Assembly (NCBI GenBank): GCA_964016885.1
Contig: OZ024740.1
Location: 277,760,001 to 277,824,000, forward strand
Length of the DNA: 64,000 bases
Reading direction: 5' to 3'
Source: Eledone cirrhosa
Taxonomy: Eukaryota
In this document: positions 26,613-41,409 of the stretch, piece after piece
How positions within the stretch are numbered: position 1 is the first letter of the stretch
Layout of the letters: every line of letters begins with the position of its first letter
The notes under the pieces: generated by a model
What the model saw: only the letters and a program-made list of their open reading frames with translations
Told to the model about the DNA's origin: nothing
Databases searched by the model: none
Position numbers and translations under genes: made by a program

Positions 26613-28411
26613 AAACTCCTATTCTTGGATTGCAAAAGTGTATCCTTCAAAGTGGGAGCCAACATAGCGGTTGTTGGTCCAAGATAGACTACTTTCCTTA
26701 TCTATATTACTCTCACTGTGGAGCTTCCTGGCAACATATCCATGCATGATTTTTTGCTGATAAGCATGCAGTTTTTCATCCATGGATTAACTGCGATACT
26801 GCTGAGCGACTTCCCTGGGTGTGAATTTTTCATTATCACACAGGGAATATCTCTCGAGGAGTTCCTTCCCAACTTTCATGATCTGAAGGTGTAATCAGTT
26901 TCATGCAGATAGACTTGCCCGAGAAACGGGCTCCTACGCTTCGAGGTTCGTAGATGTTGTCGGCGAGATATGATGCGACATTCAAATGTTGTGTGGACTG
27001 ATGTTATCCTTCTGCCTGCCTCCGTACGTTTCAAGTAAAGGCGGTCTATGTCATTGTTGATGTGGACGTTTCCGGTGTTGTTCAGTTTTTTTCGAGTTCC
27101 AACATCAACTGCTCGGATTTAGTCTATCGTCCAATTGAGTATTCCAAACGTTGGTGTTAGGACAGGCACAGCAACACATATTGAGCCAGTGTTTTGTTTT
27201 GGGCAGAGAGTTCCGATGACCAGTTCTTAATCGGGTCAGTATTCCCTGGTTACGCGTTCTTTATTACAGATACCTTTATAGGATATGTTCTCATCTATCC
27301 CCAGGTATCTGTAGCAGTCCTCATCAGATATCGCTGAAACAGTTATGCCATTGGTGACAATGTTGCTAGATTGGGTTGTTGTTTTCCCCCGCTTTACAGG
27401 CATGTATGAGCATTTATCTTGGCCAAACTCCATTCCTATATCCTTTGAGAACGTTGTAACCAGGTCAAAATTTTTCTTCATCCCATCCATGTTCTTGGCA
27501 TAGAGTTTCAGATCGTCCACAAAGAAATTATGGGTTAGGTTCATATTTCTGTCCTCCTGTGAGCCAATGATGTATCCTTCACATTTCTTGAGCAGAAAGG
27601 ACAAGGGGTTTAATGACAAGATGAATAATATCACAAAGAGACTGTCCCCCTGAAATATACCCCTGCAATATTTTATTTTATTAGTGAAAATAGAGACCTA
27701 CCTCTCTGTCTTTAACCTGAGGATAGTAGCCCAAGAAGAAGACAGCCTCTCTATGGCTCTGACAATAATGTCTGGGACTTTAGCAAGTTGGAGGGCCTCT
27801 ATCATCCAAGAGTGGGGAACAGACTCGTAAGCTTTCCCGTAGTTCAGCCAGACTGTAGCCATATTCTTCCTAAGTTATCGCACCTCCGACATCGCAGTTT
27901 TGATTATTAGGAGTTGTTCAGCACATCTCCAAACCGCTTTCTTTCCAGCTGCTTGTTCATCTGTGATGATGTTATTATTTTCACAGTGATCTTGGAGGAA
28001 TAGGTTCAGGCAGGTTGTATACATCTTATACATCAGGTTCTGGCATGTAATGGGTCGGTAGTTTTGTGCCAAGTGTGTGTCTTTGTTCTTGGGGACCAGT
28101 AATGTTTGTGCTAATGTCAACTATTCTGGTATAAGTGTATCTCCCTTAAGAACTTGTTGGTAGAGGTCAGTAAGATACCTCCGATAGAATATCAGTTTTT
28201 TGTACCAGTAGCCGACAATCATGTCTCTCCCTGATGTTTTCTTATCTTGGAGTTTTCTTATCACAGTCTCAAGGGTACCCTCACTTATTTCGTATGTTTT
28301 TGTTGTAGTGTAGGAGCAATAGTTCTTTCGGATTTCTTTTAGCTACACTGCATCATGGATGAAATTCTTCTTTTCACCCCATATTTTGCTCCAAAAGGAA
28401 TCTGTCTTTCT

Positions 28412-28570
28412 GTCGGACGCCATGCTTTCCAGCATAGTTACGTCTCTTTACGATCTGAGTTCAAATCCCACCGAGGTTGACTTTGCCTTTCATCCTTACG
28501 GGGTTGATAAAATAAAGTACCAGTAATGCACTGGCTAACTGCTGGCCTTGTGCCTAAAGTAGAAACAATT
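28412..28570 (+). mobile_element. SINE (family of 7465..7645), 5' truncated
   Basis: Same B box and core sequence. Confidence 0.9.
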
Positions 28571-29879
28571 ATTTTGTTCTTCATATCTCTATAGACTGAT
28601 GTTTGGTTTCGTCTGAATCTTTTGTTAAGCACTTTTCTCTCATCTACCTTCTTCAGGTATCAGCGTTTTTCGCTAACAGCTCTCAATTCTTGTTTGAGGG
28701 TGATCAGCTTATATTGAAGAGTTCTGGTTCTACTGTTACCAAACATAGTCTCTATTTTATTATTCACTCTTTGTTGGTGAGGAGTGAGGTTTTTTTGTGT
28801 TTGTTTGTATGTAAGGAGCATTGTCACATATCCTATGGTTTTCGTAGGTCAGCAATCTTTTTTTCTATTTTACTTATATATGATGGTAATTTTGGTGGTG
28901 TTCCGTTCTTGTTAATATCTCTGCTATCACCAAGATAATGCTTCACTGTCGTTGCTAAGGCATATAATTAAGCGTTGATTTGCCAAAATGTTGGGGTCTT
29001 TATCCGTCGTAAATATTCATCCTCTATTTCGTCAATAACACGTAGCATTTCACTATTTGGTTTTTTATTAAACATTGTCGCTTTAATACGTTCAGCAAGA
29101 GAGATATTTATAGATGAATTAATTTCTCTCTGGAAGATTTCGTTGGGAAAAATTTCAATTGTTTATACTTTCGATTATCATTATCGATAGTATTTTCCAC
29201 AACAGTCGAGGTAGACTCGGATGGTACACGTGGTGTCAAGTTTCTTACAGGCATAGTTGCTTCAAGGCACTGTTCGACCTGGCTGCTAGGAAGTCTGGTA
29301 GCATGGCGACCTGTAGCACATGTTGTTCATAACATGCTTGTTGTGGGCGGTACTTACAATTAATAATATTTATCTTATTTTTACGTTCAACAAACGTCGC
29401 TTGTTGGCGTAATTGTTCCGCTGTGAAATAATTTAGCTCTGGGTGCATTTCGTCCCAGTGTAGCTTCATTCTATTCATATAGCCAATGGAGGGATTGTTT
29501 TTTGCCATTTTATAACAATTAAATAAATCATAACTTCGCCACTCCAAGAGAAATGCGATTTATAATTTCGGTTTCTTCTGTAGCTACAACTGAATAAAGT
29601 TTGTTTACCTTTCTTATTGTTTGTCTTCGATACTTCCTTAATTTTGTTGTTGATGTTGTGTTCAGCCATGCTGTTTGCAGCAGATCCTTGTAAAATGAAT
29701 TATGTATTTACTCGGATTCTCTACGAATTTGAATATAAGGTGTCTTCAGAAGATATAGTTAGAAGAAGAACCGGTTATTCAACATGACTGTAGTTGTGGC
29801 ATTAATGTCTGAGAAAGTATTCATCTTAAATTTAATAAATAATCTCCCACGCCAAAATATGCGACTGATCGCGTTGACT

Positions 29880-29943
29880 GTATGTATGTATGTATGTATG
29901 TATGTATGTATGTATGTATGTATGTATGTATGTATGTATGTAT
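29880..29943. repeat. (TATG)n microsatellite
   Basis: Direct reading. Confidence 0.95.
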
Positions 29944-30318
29944 AGCGAAACCACTTCTATATAAATAGCTCATTAAACATTTTAATCGATCAAAATAGCC
30001 AGTATTGTATGGTAAATATAGATATGATTCGTGCAGTAAACCAAATTCTTACGCACGCATGCACATCTACAACATCGCAAATACTATAATTTGAGGAAGT
30101 CATCGGAATATCCGATAAGTTATCTATACATACAAATTTGGTCATGCAGATGAGGACAATAAAAAGTAAATCGCTGAATAATAATAATTTTTGATTTAGG
30201 CACAAAGCCAACAATTTTGAGGGAGAGGAATGTCGATTAAGGATTCATATGGATAAAAGGCAGGATTTGAACTCACTGTTCGATGTCCGACGCTCTACCT
30301 TACTGCCAATCTACTGCC

Positions 30319-30319
<1 letters not shown>

Positions 30320-30392
<73 letters not shown>
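30320..30392. repeat. (TAA)n microsatellite at the 3' end of a Tx1-like LINE
   Basis: Direct reading. Confidence 0.95.
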
Positions 30393-30393
<1 letters not shown>

Positions 30394-31490
30394 CTTTCTT
30401 TATTAACCACAAGGGTTTACATAAAGTAGACATTAAGGTCAGTACAGGACAATACAGGACGGTACAAATGGGCATTTCTGCGTGTAAAAAAACAGAGGAT
30501 GTAATAAAAAATAACAATGAAAAATTCCCCAATAGGGGGGAGACTTCCGAGGGACATTTGTGGAGAAAACCCATTAAAAGGCCACAGTGACCCTGACCAC
30601 CAGGGCAAGTGCCCTCTCCCAGTTTTCCACCTTTAATTTACAGACACATACTCAGAGTGGGCCCATTCACTCGGGCCATACTTGCTTTTCTCACCCATCT
30701 TTCAACAAAATGTTGGGAAGAGAGCACTTCCCTCTCTACCCTGATTTTCCTTTTCAAATTAAATTTGAAAAAGTTAATCAGGGCATCACCGAAGAGGTAA
30801 TTGCTCGTCTTCAGCCCTTTCAAACGTGTCCACCATACTATCTCTTTCGCCATGGCCACCAGAGAGATAAAAACTGCCTGCCCTTCCCGGCTAAAGGAAG
30901 GGGGCGGGGCAATCCTCACGATGGACTCAGCTGATAGCTGGATCCGTCCTACACGTGACAGCAGGTGTTCGACATAAATCCACAAGTCAGCAATGCTCGA
31001 ACACTGGACGAATGCATGCAGGACGGTTTCGTCGCCCTGCGCGCATCTCAGACATGCCCGGCTGACGGCACCTCCATGCCTGTAGAGTTTATCCCGAACT
31101 GGCAAAGATCCTCGGTAGCACTGCCAGGCCAGGGATTTCTGGAAGTTGTCCAAAGCCCCGGCCCGAAAGTCCTTCTTAAGAGATTGGCTAGTTGATTTTC
31201 GTCGACGCCTAGAGTTTCTCCAAGTACGTCGTCGCTCTTCCCCTCTGCTTCCCCCTTTGCTAGCACCTTGGCCAAAATCTTGAACTCTGTGTTTAGCAGA
31301 GTTATGGGCCGGAAATTATCTATGTTTAACCCCTTGCTCGGGTCCTTTCTCAGCAGCACCACCACTACACGGATCACAGAGCTGGGAATTCTCCTGTTCT
31401 GCTGCCAGTTGCAGTAGACGTCCGCCAAGAAGCCTCCGAACAAGTCTGGCATCTGTACGTAAAGTTAATAGAGCAAACCATCAAAACTAG
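30393..31490 (-). mobile_element. Tx1/L1-clade LINE 3' fragment with internal deletion
   Basis: NFRPITLLNTEFKILAKVLA joined to the zf-RVT region LPVRDKL...CLRC...ETVLHAFVQC. AATAAA before the (TTA)n tail. Confidence 0.85.
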
Positions 31491-31492
31491 GT

Positions 31493-34400
31493 TGCTTTAT
31501 TGGCCACAAGGGCTGACACGAAGAAAAACATTAGAGACGGCACAGAACAGTACAGGACGATACAAAGTGGGATTTGGTCGTATAAACAGGTTATAACAAA
31601 ATCAGGCTAGAAATCCAAAAAATTTCAAACAACAAAGATTCCCCAAGAAGGGGGAAACCTCCGAGGGTCACTCATGGTGTAAACCACACAAGAGACCACG
31701 GCCACCCTGACCACCAGGGCAAGCGCCGTCTCTCACTTTTCCCACTCCTCAGTCTACAGGCGTATACTCAGAGCGGGCCCGTTCCCTCGGACCAGACTCG
31801 CCACTTTCACCCACCTTTCAACAAACTTACTAGAAGACAGCTCTTGCCTCTCCACCCTGATTTTCTTCTTCAAGTGAAACTTGAAAAAGTTAATCAGGGA
31901 TTGGCCGGAGAGGAAATTGTCCGTCTTCAACCCTTTCAACCTTGTCCACCACACAATCTCTTTCGCCATGGCCACCAGGCAGATGAAAACTGCCTGTCCT
32001 TCCTCCGCTTTAAAGGAGGATGGCGGGGCTATCTGCACAATGGACTCAGTGGATAACCGGATCCGTTCTACACGCGACAGCAGCTGTTCGACATAGCTCC
32101 ACAAGTCAGCAATCCTCGGACACTGAACGAGTGCGTGCAGGACGGTTTCATCGCCCTGCGCGCATCTCGGACAGGCTCGGCTGACAGCACCTCCGTGCCT
32201 GTAGAGCTTATCCCGAACCGGCAACGCTTCGACGCCCAGGGTCTTCCCCAGAACGTCGTCGTTCTTTTCCTCCACTAGCCCTCTAAAGAATGCCGAGGTC
32301 GATGTTCCACCGATACTAGTGCCCAGCCGGTAGAAGGCGGTGAGCGCTTGGAGACATTCCAGCTTCCAAGTCGGGCCCGTTTTTAGAGGCTGGATCGCTG
32401 CCATGCACAGCGACATCTGCTTGACTGTGAGGGTGAATGGTCCCCTGTCGCAGCCTTTCATCATCATGCGCTCGGCACCCGTGCCAGGTTCCTTAACCAC
32501 CCTCTCTATGATGTATCGCATGAGATGGAGGTTGTCGTGGATGGATCTGTCCGGGATGGCATATATCTGTGCCTCTCCCACCAGATCACCGACGACAAGC
32601 GCCAATCGCTTTGCTAACACCTTGGCCAAAATCTTAAACTCTGCGTTTAGCAGAGTTTTGGGCCTGAAGTTGTCTATAACGTCCCCCTTGTTCAGGTCTT
32701 TTCTTAGCAGCGCCACCGCTCCCCGGCTCACAAAACTGGGAATGCTCCCGTTCTGCTGACAGTTGCAGTAGACATCTGCCAAGAGGTTACCGAACAAGTC
32801 TGGCATATACGCATAAAGCTCGTAGAGCAGACCATCCAAAACTGGCGATTTACCCCTCGTGCAATCAGACATCGCTTCACGTATTTCACCTGCTGTTATC
32901 GGCTTTTCACAGCACTGCGCTGCGGTCGTCGAGAGCCGCGGCAGTCCGTCGAGGTCCATACTCCGATCCGGCCAGCCGCCGCTCCCGAACAATTGAGCAA
33001 AGTGCTGTTGAAAATCCACACACATCTGTTCGAGCAACATGCACCCATTTTGATCAGGCAAAGACCGAATTGTGGACTTGTTGCCACCTCGCGCCTCCAC
33101 CACCCGGGCCCATTGAACAGCTTTCGTTCTCTCGTGTCATAGAGCACGTGTTCTAGCTCTGACAACGCAGCCTTCATGCTTTGCGTTGAAGAATTGGTCG
33201 AGTGCCAATCTCGCCGCAAGCACGTCGGTTGCGATGTCTGTCCTAAACGCCTCTTCTAGCTTTTTAACTAACTCTCCCTCTATCACTAGTGCTTTGCTAA
33301 ACCTTATCGATTCTACTCTAATAGCCCTTCTCAGAGTAAACCACCACCTGTTGTTGACGATCGCACTCGTTAACGCATGCTTAACTAATTCTCTAATCCG
33401 GTCTCTGTAAGCTTTGCGCGCCGGGAACGTCGCGTTCAGCTTCCAGTACCCGGGCCCTTGCCTATGGAGTATATCTAAGCCAACTTCACAGATCACAAAT
33501 TTGTGATCCGTGTAGTCGACTACTTTAAATTGTGGAGAAGCTACACTAGCCTTATCTATTTCCCTATCGAATACCCTATCTAATTACGATCTGGATGACC
33601 CGATGCGGTTTGCCCATGTCCACATTGGCACATTCGGATAATCCAGTCTATACCTGTCAGACAGTTCAATACGTCTGAGCAGGTTGCTGAGGTTTTTACA
33701 CCCTCCTGCCCTGTCTACTAGCCCCACATAATCCCAGCGTGCATCCAAGATACCGTTCCAGTCACCCAAGAGTGGGAGGTTCAAAGAAAGGTCTCTAGAC
33801 GTCTGAAGAAATCTGTCCGTCCGGCCCCTGTTGGGGTGTAGACGGCTACTAGCCTGAAAGCATTGCCTTCGCTGCCGGTCACATCCAGCACCACCGACTT
33901 ACCTTCTGGGTCCAGGAAGATGGCCCGTATGGCGAGATCCAGGCCTCTCCGAAAAATCACGGCAACCCTCTACCAGATCCTGGACGGCTTGTAGATGTGT
34001 ATACATCGTAGCCGCCGAAGATCGGTGCGAAGGCTCGTGCTTCGAAGATTCTCGCTGATGGCCACCACATCTATGTTTAGTGACCTGAGGTCGTTGAGCA
34101 GGTGACCCTGCTTCCAAGATGACCCCAGGCCACGTACATTTATACTGCCTATTCTAAGTACGGCCATGTTGAATGAGAAACGGGGCAAGTGACAAAGGAT
34201 CACTTACCTTGATCGTGTGGTGAAGGGACAGTAGAACCGTCCCTTTGGCTGGTAATGGGTATTTCCAAGAGGATGTCGGTGTATATCCTCTTCGTAACCG
34301 ACCCTCTGAAGTCTCCAACTGCGTTGGAGAATTTTTGCTTTAAAAGTTTGTAATGTTCTATTGAGATTTCAATGATGCTTATGTTTGTCGGAAGAGTTCT

Positions 34401-36200
34401 TGGTGTTGGTGTGTGTAGTAGCCTTTTTTGTGATGTCTGTGAGCTGCTTTATGTGTTGTAGGAGTTCTTTATATGCCATGTTTATGGCTGTATACTTTTG
34501 GGGGAGAGGGGCGATTTTGTTGCTGTTTTCTTGTTGTTCCTGTTGGGTGTGTGTGTTTTAAAGTGTTTGCGATGTTGGTGTTTTGGGTGATGCTGGTGGT
34601 GGTGTGGTTGTTGTTGGTGATGTTTGTAGTGGTGATAGTGATGGTGGTGGTGTTGCTGCATGTCTCCTTGCAGCCTTTACCCCTCTTTGTCTGCCTTCGC
34701 TTTTGGAGGGTGAAGCTAAGGGGTATTTTGTTTTTTGTTTTTTGTTTTTTGTATTTTGTGGCTGACCGTTTGCCACTACCCTCCGCCTCACACTCCATGT
34801 CGGACACCGAGGCGTCTGAGAGGGGCATGAGATCCACTGCTGTTGTTGGTGGTAGTGCAGCCCGCTCCGGCGATTCTACCGCCGGCGTAGCTATTGCGAC
34901 TGATGTGGACGCCACTGCTGCCGCTGCTTTAGTTGTCCATGGCCTTGGTATGGGTGCCACCGACGTTGCTCTCCTACTCAACATGGAAGGGTCATCTGCC
35001 TATGTTGACTGCCTTGTTCTTGGTAGCAGCTGATCAGGCGTCGGAAGGAGGGGGTCCTCTTCTTGGTTGTCTTCTGCGGGCAGAACGCCCTGAGGTGACC
35101 CTTCTGCCCAGAGAGATAGCACTTTGGGCGCCTTCCTTCCACGCTTATAGGGAGTTGGAGTCCTTCCTCGTGGTCTATGATGTCTGGGATGGATTCAATG
35201 CACTCCTTAGTCAGTTAGTATTAGCATTTGCATGCCTATTCCTGACCAGTTCTCTCTTCCCATTCTCTCTATTTGCAGTATGGTGGTCTTCTCCTCGATT
35301 CCAGCAAGTACAGACGCGGCCAACCAAGGTATGGGAACGTCGGGCGGGACCTGGGTCATTTTGACCCTCACAATTCTCTGCCCGCATCAGGAGGGCACCA
35401 AGACTATCTGCTCACTCATTAGGGTTACCAAAGAGTGAGACTTCGCCTCCTGGGGAGTGGCGAAAAGTACGTCTACTATGGCGTACTTTTTGCCTCGGGT
35501 GATGTGGGTTTTGCGTGCACAGACTCACCCCAAGACCTTTTGGATTTGAGCCTCCGTGGCTCTCTCCACCCGATGTGATTTTTGCTTACGGTGCGGTAAG
35601 TCACCGTGCGCAGCTGCTGGTCTTTGAAGAAATCGGGTGGAGGTTTCAGGGAAACTCTATTTTCATTCCTTGTCACCATGGCTCTTGCGACTGCCATCTC
35701 CTCCGTGACTAGCACTCTCACTATATTTCGGGCCAGACCTGCGAAGGAAGTGGACCCTTTTTCAGCGGGACCATTATTGCTGCCGCTACTGCTGCTACTG
35801 GTCTTGTTGTTGGTGCTGTTGCTGTTGCTACTGCTACAAACAGTGTTGTTGGTGTTGTTGCTATCACTGTAGTAGTTGGTTGTGTTTTTGGTGCCACCGT
35901 TGTTGTAGTTTTCAGTGCAATTTGTATTGTTGCTGTTGGTGTTGTCGTTGTTTATTTTCTTGTTAGTGGTGTTAATATCTTTGTTGCATTGGTTGTCATT
36001 TTTTTCTGTTGTTTGTATTTTGGTTGTCGTTGTTATTGTTGTAGTTGGTGTGGTATTTTTTTTTTAAATTAGTGTTCTCAGTGTTGTTGTCTTTGTTCAC
36101 GTTGTTTGTGGTGGTGTTTATTGTATTAATTTCTGTAACCCTCCTCTCAACTTTTACGCCGTTGTCACACGACAGCAGACACATTGCTGGGCGCGTGGCT
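31493..36200 (-). mobile_element. Tx1/L1-clade LINE (ORF1 remnants, APE endonuclease, RT, zf-RVT), decayed
   Basis: GSINVRGL..ISE, LGDWN, GPGYWKLN, GKSP.LDGL, NFRP..LLNAEFKILAKVLAKRL, RSIHDNL, CPRC..ETVLHALVQC. Asn/Thr-rich ORF1 pieces at 34200..36184. Confidence 0.88.
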
Positions 36201-36543
36201 CAGATCACCTCTACCGATACTGCCAATCCACTTTTGGCACATAAATAATGAATGAATATTACATAATTTATCTACTAAATTTCGTAACATATATTAATAA
36301 TATTATTGCATAGTTCAAGATTCACTTATTGATTCACTTATTGAAAAGATTAAAATTTCAATACTTCCGGTATATCCCTACTATATATATTGAGAGAGAG
36401 ATTGAAAGAGAAAGTTGAAGCGACTTGAATTTTTGTTCAACACGCTGGTGTGTGTGCGTGAATGTTCTTTGAATTTATAAAATTGCTAGAGCGAGAAAGA
36501 GAGATTGTATGTGTGAGTATATAAAGAGAGGAGTGACTGTGAC

Positions 36544-36577
<34 letters not shown>

Positions 36578-37581
36578 AAAGTTATATTTAAATTGTAAAT
36601 ATTTATAACTGATATAAAAGCACTCAACAAGTATTTGGAGTATATTTACGATATTAAATAAATGGAAACTATATTTATAAAACCATATCTATTTCATTAA
36701 ATATATTTCAGGGATATCATATTACCAATATGTTATGCCTTCTTCAGACAAAATACAATATAAACAGTTTTATAGATAAATAGATTTGACATACCGTTCA
36801 ACATCGACTTGTATTTGAAAAAGTTGATTTGGCAGTGAAACATTGTAAACAGAAAGAAAGAAAGAAAGAAAGAAGGAAAGAAAGAAAGAAAACGAAGAAA
36901 AAGAAGAAAAAGAAGAAATGCATGCAACAAAATAGAGAGATGGAAAGATAGATAAAGAAAAGAACTTCATGTAAAGAAACAGAGAGAGATATATAGAGAG
37001 AGGAAATAGATAGAGATAGATATATATAGAGAAAAGTAGGTAGTTGAACATCCGTTGAATGACGTATCAATGATACATTTATTTATTTATTTATTTATTT
37101 ATTTAGCTCTAGTATTAATGTAAGGGAGATATATGTGGTTAGGAAAGAAACCAGCCGTTATATAGAGAGAAAAATGAAAAGTAACCAGACATAGGCGAGG
37201 CAGAATTTAAAAACCCTATGTTTTAATGTAGAAATATTAGTTCGTATAAAAACCAGGCACTATAATGTAAATATCAGTATTCCTGAATGAGACACGTATC
37301 CATAATGTGTGAAAAGTAATGATCTTATGTCTAGTTTTAAAAATTCATTTGTTTATATGATAACTACAAACATCGATGTGAATTTACGTGATCAACTCTG
37401 CAAACCCCTATTTCACACGGAGAACATTCTCATTGTGCTATAAAAATTTAAGTATACATATATGTGTATATATACACATATATATAGAGTCTATATTAAT
37501 TTTAACAATACTATTCTATCAAGCAGAAATAGAGAACAGATTTCAATATATTAATAAAAAATATCAGAAACAAAGACAAAA

Positions 37582-37617
<36 letters not shown>

Positions 37618-38114
37618 CAAATAAATAAAATAGAAAACTAAAAATATTACATATTAAAAATAAAAATAAAAATAAAAATATTAAAAATATTAAAAATATT
37701 AAAAAATATTAAAATAGTAAAAATAAAAAAACAATAAAAACATAATATGCCACGCAAATCGACCACAAAGGTCAACCCTTCAAAATTAATTGACAAAATA
37801 TTGCCAAGTTCATTATAAGCATCAGAGTCGAAAACAGATAAAGCTAAAAATTATTTACCAAATCGCGTCTAGCAGAAATCATTTCAAAAGTTTAGGATGC
37901 CCATTTGGTCTACATATGTTCTTATATTTAATATAGAAGTTTATCTAGTGTAACGTTTATTCGATATATTTGGAGCATCAACTTTTAGGGTAGTTTAATT
38001 TTTCATGAAGAATGTTTAAATAAAAATAAAAATAAAAAGAAGAATAAAAAGAAGAAATCGAAAGATTTATCGGCTAGTTTCCCAAATAATTACAAATCAA
38101 ACTAAATATACTAC

Positions 38115-38909
38115 ATTTTAAATTTAAATTTATATTTAAAAGTTGAGTTCAATCTATGTTTGCAGCAACTGAATAAATTTGTCCGTAGATAAGGGAATTT
38201 TTAGATTTTAGTATAAAGAATATCTCCTCCGCGCAGAGGTCACATGTCTCAGAGGATGAATTAAAAGGAATCCCTCTTGAGACTATATTCCAAGCCGTCG
38301 AATATCTAACGTTATCTTGCCTAAGTTGCCAGGGTACGCCTGATAGTGCTGTTGAAGATTTTTTGCTTGGATCTGTGAAAGAATTCTTGTGGTTATTATA
38401 GCGAAGTTTAAATTCCGTCGATGTGGAACCGACGTAGTTAAAAGAATTAGAGTCCGTTTTAACATTACAGTTGTATATTATATTTTTAACTAAGCAGTTG
38501 TTATTTAACGGACATTTAGATCTATCTCGACAGTTACATTTGTTAACTTGTATATTATTTATGCTATTATCGCTAGGTTTTAAGTTCCTATTATTTATTC
38601 CATTAATATTTTGTGCTAAATTTTTGGTGGATGAGTAGGTTAATTTTATAGTATGTCTATTGAAAATTGAGTGATACCTATGTGTTCTAGGGAAGCGATT
38701 ATCAAGAGCTTTAAAAAATAGTTTAGCGATGTGGGTTTTAATGTTTAGTGAGAAAGGGGGGGCAAACCATATTATGTTCCTAGTTCTATTTCTTTTTTGG
38801 CTTTTGGAATTATTGTAATGCTTTCTATTATAGTTGTTAAGGTTGTGGCCGTAATTAAAATAGTTGTTATTTTGTTTAGTTTGTCTATCATTATCTATGT
38901 ACATAATCT
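38115..38909 (-). pseudogene. Inverted duplicate of the PLE GIY-YIG region with a 1-bp frameshift near the end
   Basis: ORF 38149..38904 is nearly identical to 39066..40040 and diverges after KNSL. Confidence 0.85.
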
Positions 38910-40040
38910 GATAATAACTCTGAACTAAATAGAAAAAGAAAACAAATTACACAATTTTTTAATTACTTTAATCTAAAAATAGAAATAGAGAACAACCATA
39001 GAATTGTCAATTTCCTAGATATAACATTAAATCTCAACACATGTCTTCACTATCCATTTCACAAGTTGAATGAAAACTTAAACTATGTCAGCTTTAACTC
39101 TAACCACCCCAGATCTGTCAAAAACACTATAGTAAACTCTGTTCAAAAACGTATCTCTAGAATCTCGTCTAATAGAAAGATTTTCGACGAAAAAGCCCAG
39201 TACTACAATGAAGCGTTAGCTAGAGCAGGATATAGTGATAAGATTATGTACATAGATAATGATAGACAAACTAAACAAAATAACAACTATTTTAATTACG
39301 GCCACAACCTTAACAACTATAATAGAAAGCATTACAATAATTCCAAAAGCCAAAAAAGAAATAGAACTAGGAACATAATATGGTTTGCCTCCCCTTTCTC
39401 ACTAAACATTAAAACCCACATCGCTAAACTATTTTTTAAAGCTCTTGATAATCGCTTCCCTAGAACACATAGGTATCACTCAATTTTCAATAGACATACT
39501 ATAAAATTAACCTACTCATCCACCAAAAATTTAGCACAAAATATTAATAGAATAAATAATAGGAACTTAAAACTTAGCGATAATAGCATAAATAATATAC
39601 AAGTTAACAAATGTAACTGTAGAGATAGATCTAAATGTCCGTTAAATAACAACTGCTTAGTTAAAAATATAATATACAACTGTAATGTTAAAACGGACTC
39701 TAATTCTTTTAACTACGTCGGTTCCACATCGACGGAATTTAAACTTCGCTATAATAACCACAAGAATTCTTTCACAGATCCAAGCAAAAAATCTTCAACA
39801 GCACTATCAGGCGTACTCTGGCAACTTAGGCAAGATAACGTTAGATATTCGACGGCTTGGAATATAGTCTCAAGAGGGATTCCTTTTAATTCATCCTCTG
39901 AGACATGTGACCTCTGCGCGGAGGAGATATTCTTTATACTAAAATCTAAAAATTCCCTTAATCTACGGACAAATTTATTCAGTTGCTGCAAACATAGATT
40001 GAACTCAACTTTTAAATATAAATTTAAATTTAAAATGTAG
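38910..40040 (+). CDS. PLE polyprotein C-terminal part (RT thumb plus GIY-YIG endonuclease), open frame, 5' truncated
   Basis: Frame open from 38910 (…IVNFLDITLNL…) through YVSFNSNHP, RNIIWF, CNCR..CPLNNNCL, IIY…YVGST…FKLRYNNH, CDLC.EE and CCKH. Confidence 0.85.
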   Translation, partial: DNNSELNRKRKQITQFFNYFNLKIEIENNHRIVNFLDITLNLNTCLHYPFHKLNENLNYVSFNSNHPRSVKNTIVNSVQKRISRISSNRKIFDEKAQYYNEALARAGYSDKIMYIDNDRQTKQNNNYFNYGHNLNNYNRKHYNNSKSQKRNRTRNIIWFASPFSLNIKTHIAKLFFKALDNRFPRTHRYHSIFNRHTIKLTYSSTKNLAQNINRINNRNLKLSDNSINNIQVNKCNCRDRSKCPLNNNCLVKNIIYNCNVKTDSNSFNYVGSTSTEFKLRYNNHKNSFTDPSKKSSTALSGVLWQLRQDNVRYSTAWNIVSRGIPFNSSSETCDLCAEEIFFILKSKNSLNLRTNLFSCCKHRLNSTFKYKFKFKM

Positions 40041-41409
40041 TATATTTAGTTTGATTTGTAATTATTTGGGAAACTAGCCGATAAATCTTTCGATTTCTTC
40101 TTTTTATTCTTCTTTTTATTTTTATTTTTATTTAAACATTCTTCATGAAAAATTAAACTACCCTAAAAGTTGATGCTCCAAATATATCGAATAAACGTTA
40201 CACTAGATAAACTTCTATATTAAATATAAGAACATATGTAGACCAAATGGGCATCCTAAACTTTTGAAATGATTTCTGCTAGACGCGATTTGGTAAATAA
40301 TTTTTAGCTTTATCTGTTTTCGACTCTGATGCTTATAATGAACTTGGCAATATATTGTCAATTAATTTTAAAGGGTTGATCTTTGTGGTCGATTTGCGTG
40401 GCATATTATGTTTTTATTATGTTTTTATTTTTATTATTTTAATATTTTTTAATATTTTTAATATTTTTAATATTTTTATTTTTATTTTTATTTTTATTTT
40501 TAATATGTAATATTTTTAGTTTTCTATTTTATTTATTTGTTTATTATTACTATTATTATTATTTTTTGTCTTTGTTTCTGATATTTTTTATTAATATATT
40601 GAAATCTGTTCTCTATTTCTGCTTGATAGATAATCATGTAGAGTAAAGACAAGAATAGTATTGTTAAAATTAATATAGACTCTATATATATGTGTATATA
40701 TACACATATATGTATACTTAAATTTTTATAGCACAATGAGAATGTTCTCCGTGTGAAATAGGGGTTTGCAGAGTTGATCACGTAAATTCACATCGATGTT
40801 TGTAGTTATCATATAAACATATGAATTTTTAAAACTAGACATAAGATCATTACTTTTCACACATTATGGATACGTGTCTCATTCAGGAATACTGATATTT
40901 ACATTATAGTGCCTGGTTTTTATACGAACTAATATTTCTACATTAAAACATAGGGTTTTTAAATTCTGCCTCGCCTATGTCTGGTTACTTTTCATTTTTC
41001 TCTCTATATAACGGCTGGTTTCTTTCCTAACCACATATATCTCCCTTACATTAATACTAGAGCTAAATAAATAAATAAATAAATAAATGTATCATTGATA
41101 CGTCATTCAACGGATGTTCAACTACCTACTTTTCTCTATATATATCTATCTCTATCTATTTCCTCTCTCTATATATCTCTCTCTGTTTCTTTACATGAAG
41201 TTCTTTTCTTTATCTATCTTTCCATCTCTCTATTTTGTTGCATGCATTTCTTCTTTTTCTTCTTTTTCTTCGTTTTCTTTCTTTCTTTCCTTCTTTCTTT
41301 CTTTCTTTCTTTCTGTTTACAATTTTTCACTGCCAAATCAACTTTTTCAAATACAAGTCGATGTTGAACGGTATGTCAAATCTATTTATCTATAAAACTG
41401 TCTATATTG

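Larger units (their letters stand above)
26181..29875 (-). mobile_element. R4/Dong-clade LINE (second family), decayed, with two SINE insertions
   Basis: GYMNRMKLHWD..HPE, NYRPITCQN, EQAAGKK, FFVDDLKLY, YRYLGI, CRLC...HVISSC. Confidence 0.85.

Noticed and set aside
37280-37335. Hammerhead at CTGAATGA...GAAA
   Set aside because: The core has an extra base, stems I and III do not pair, and it is antisense to the element.
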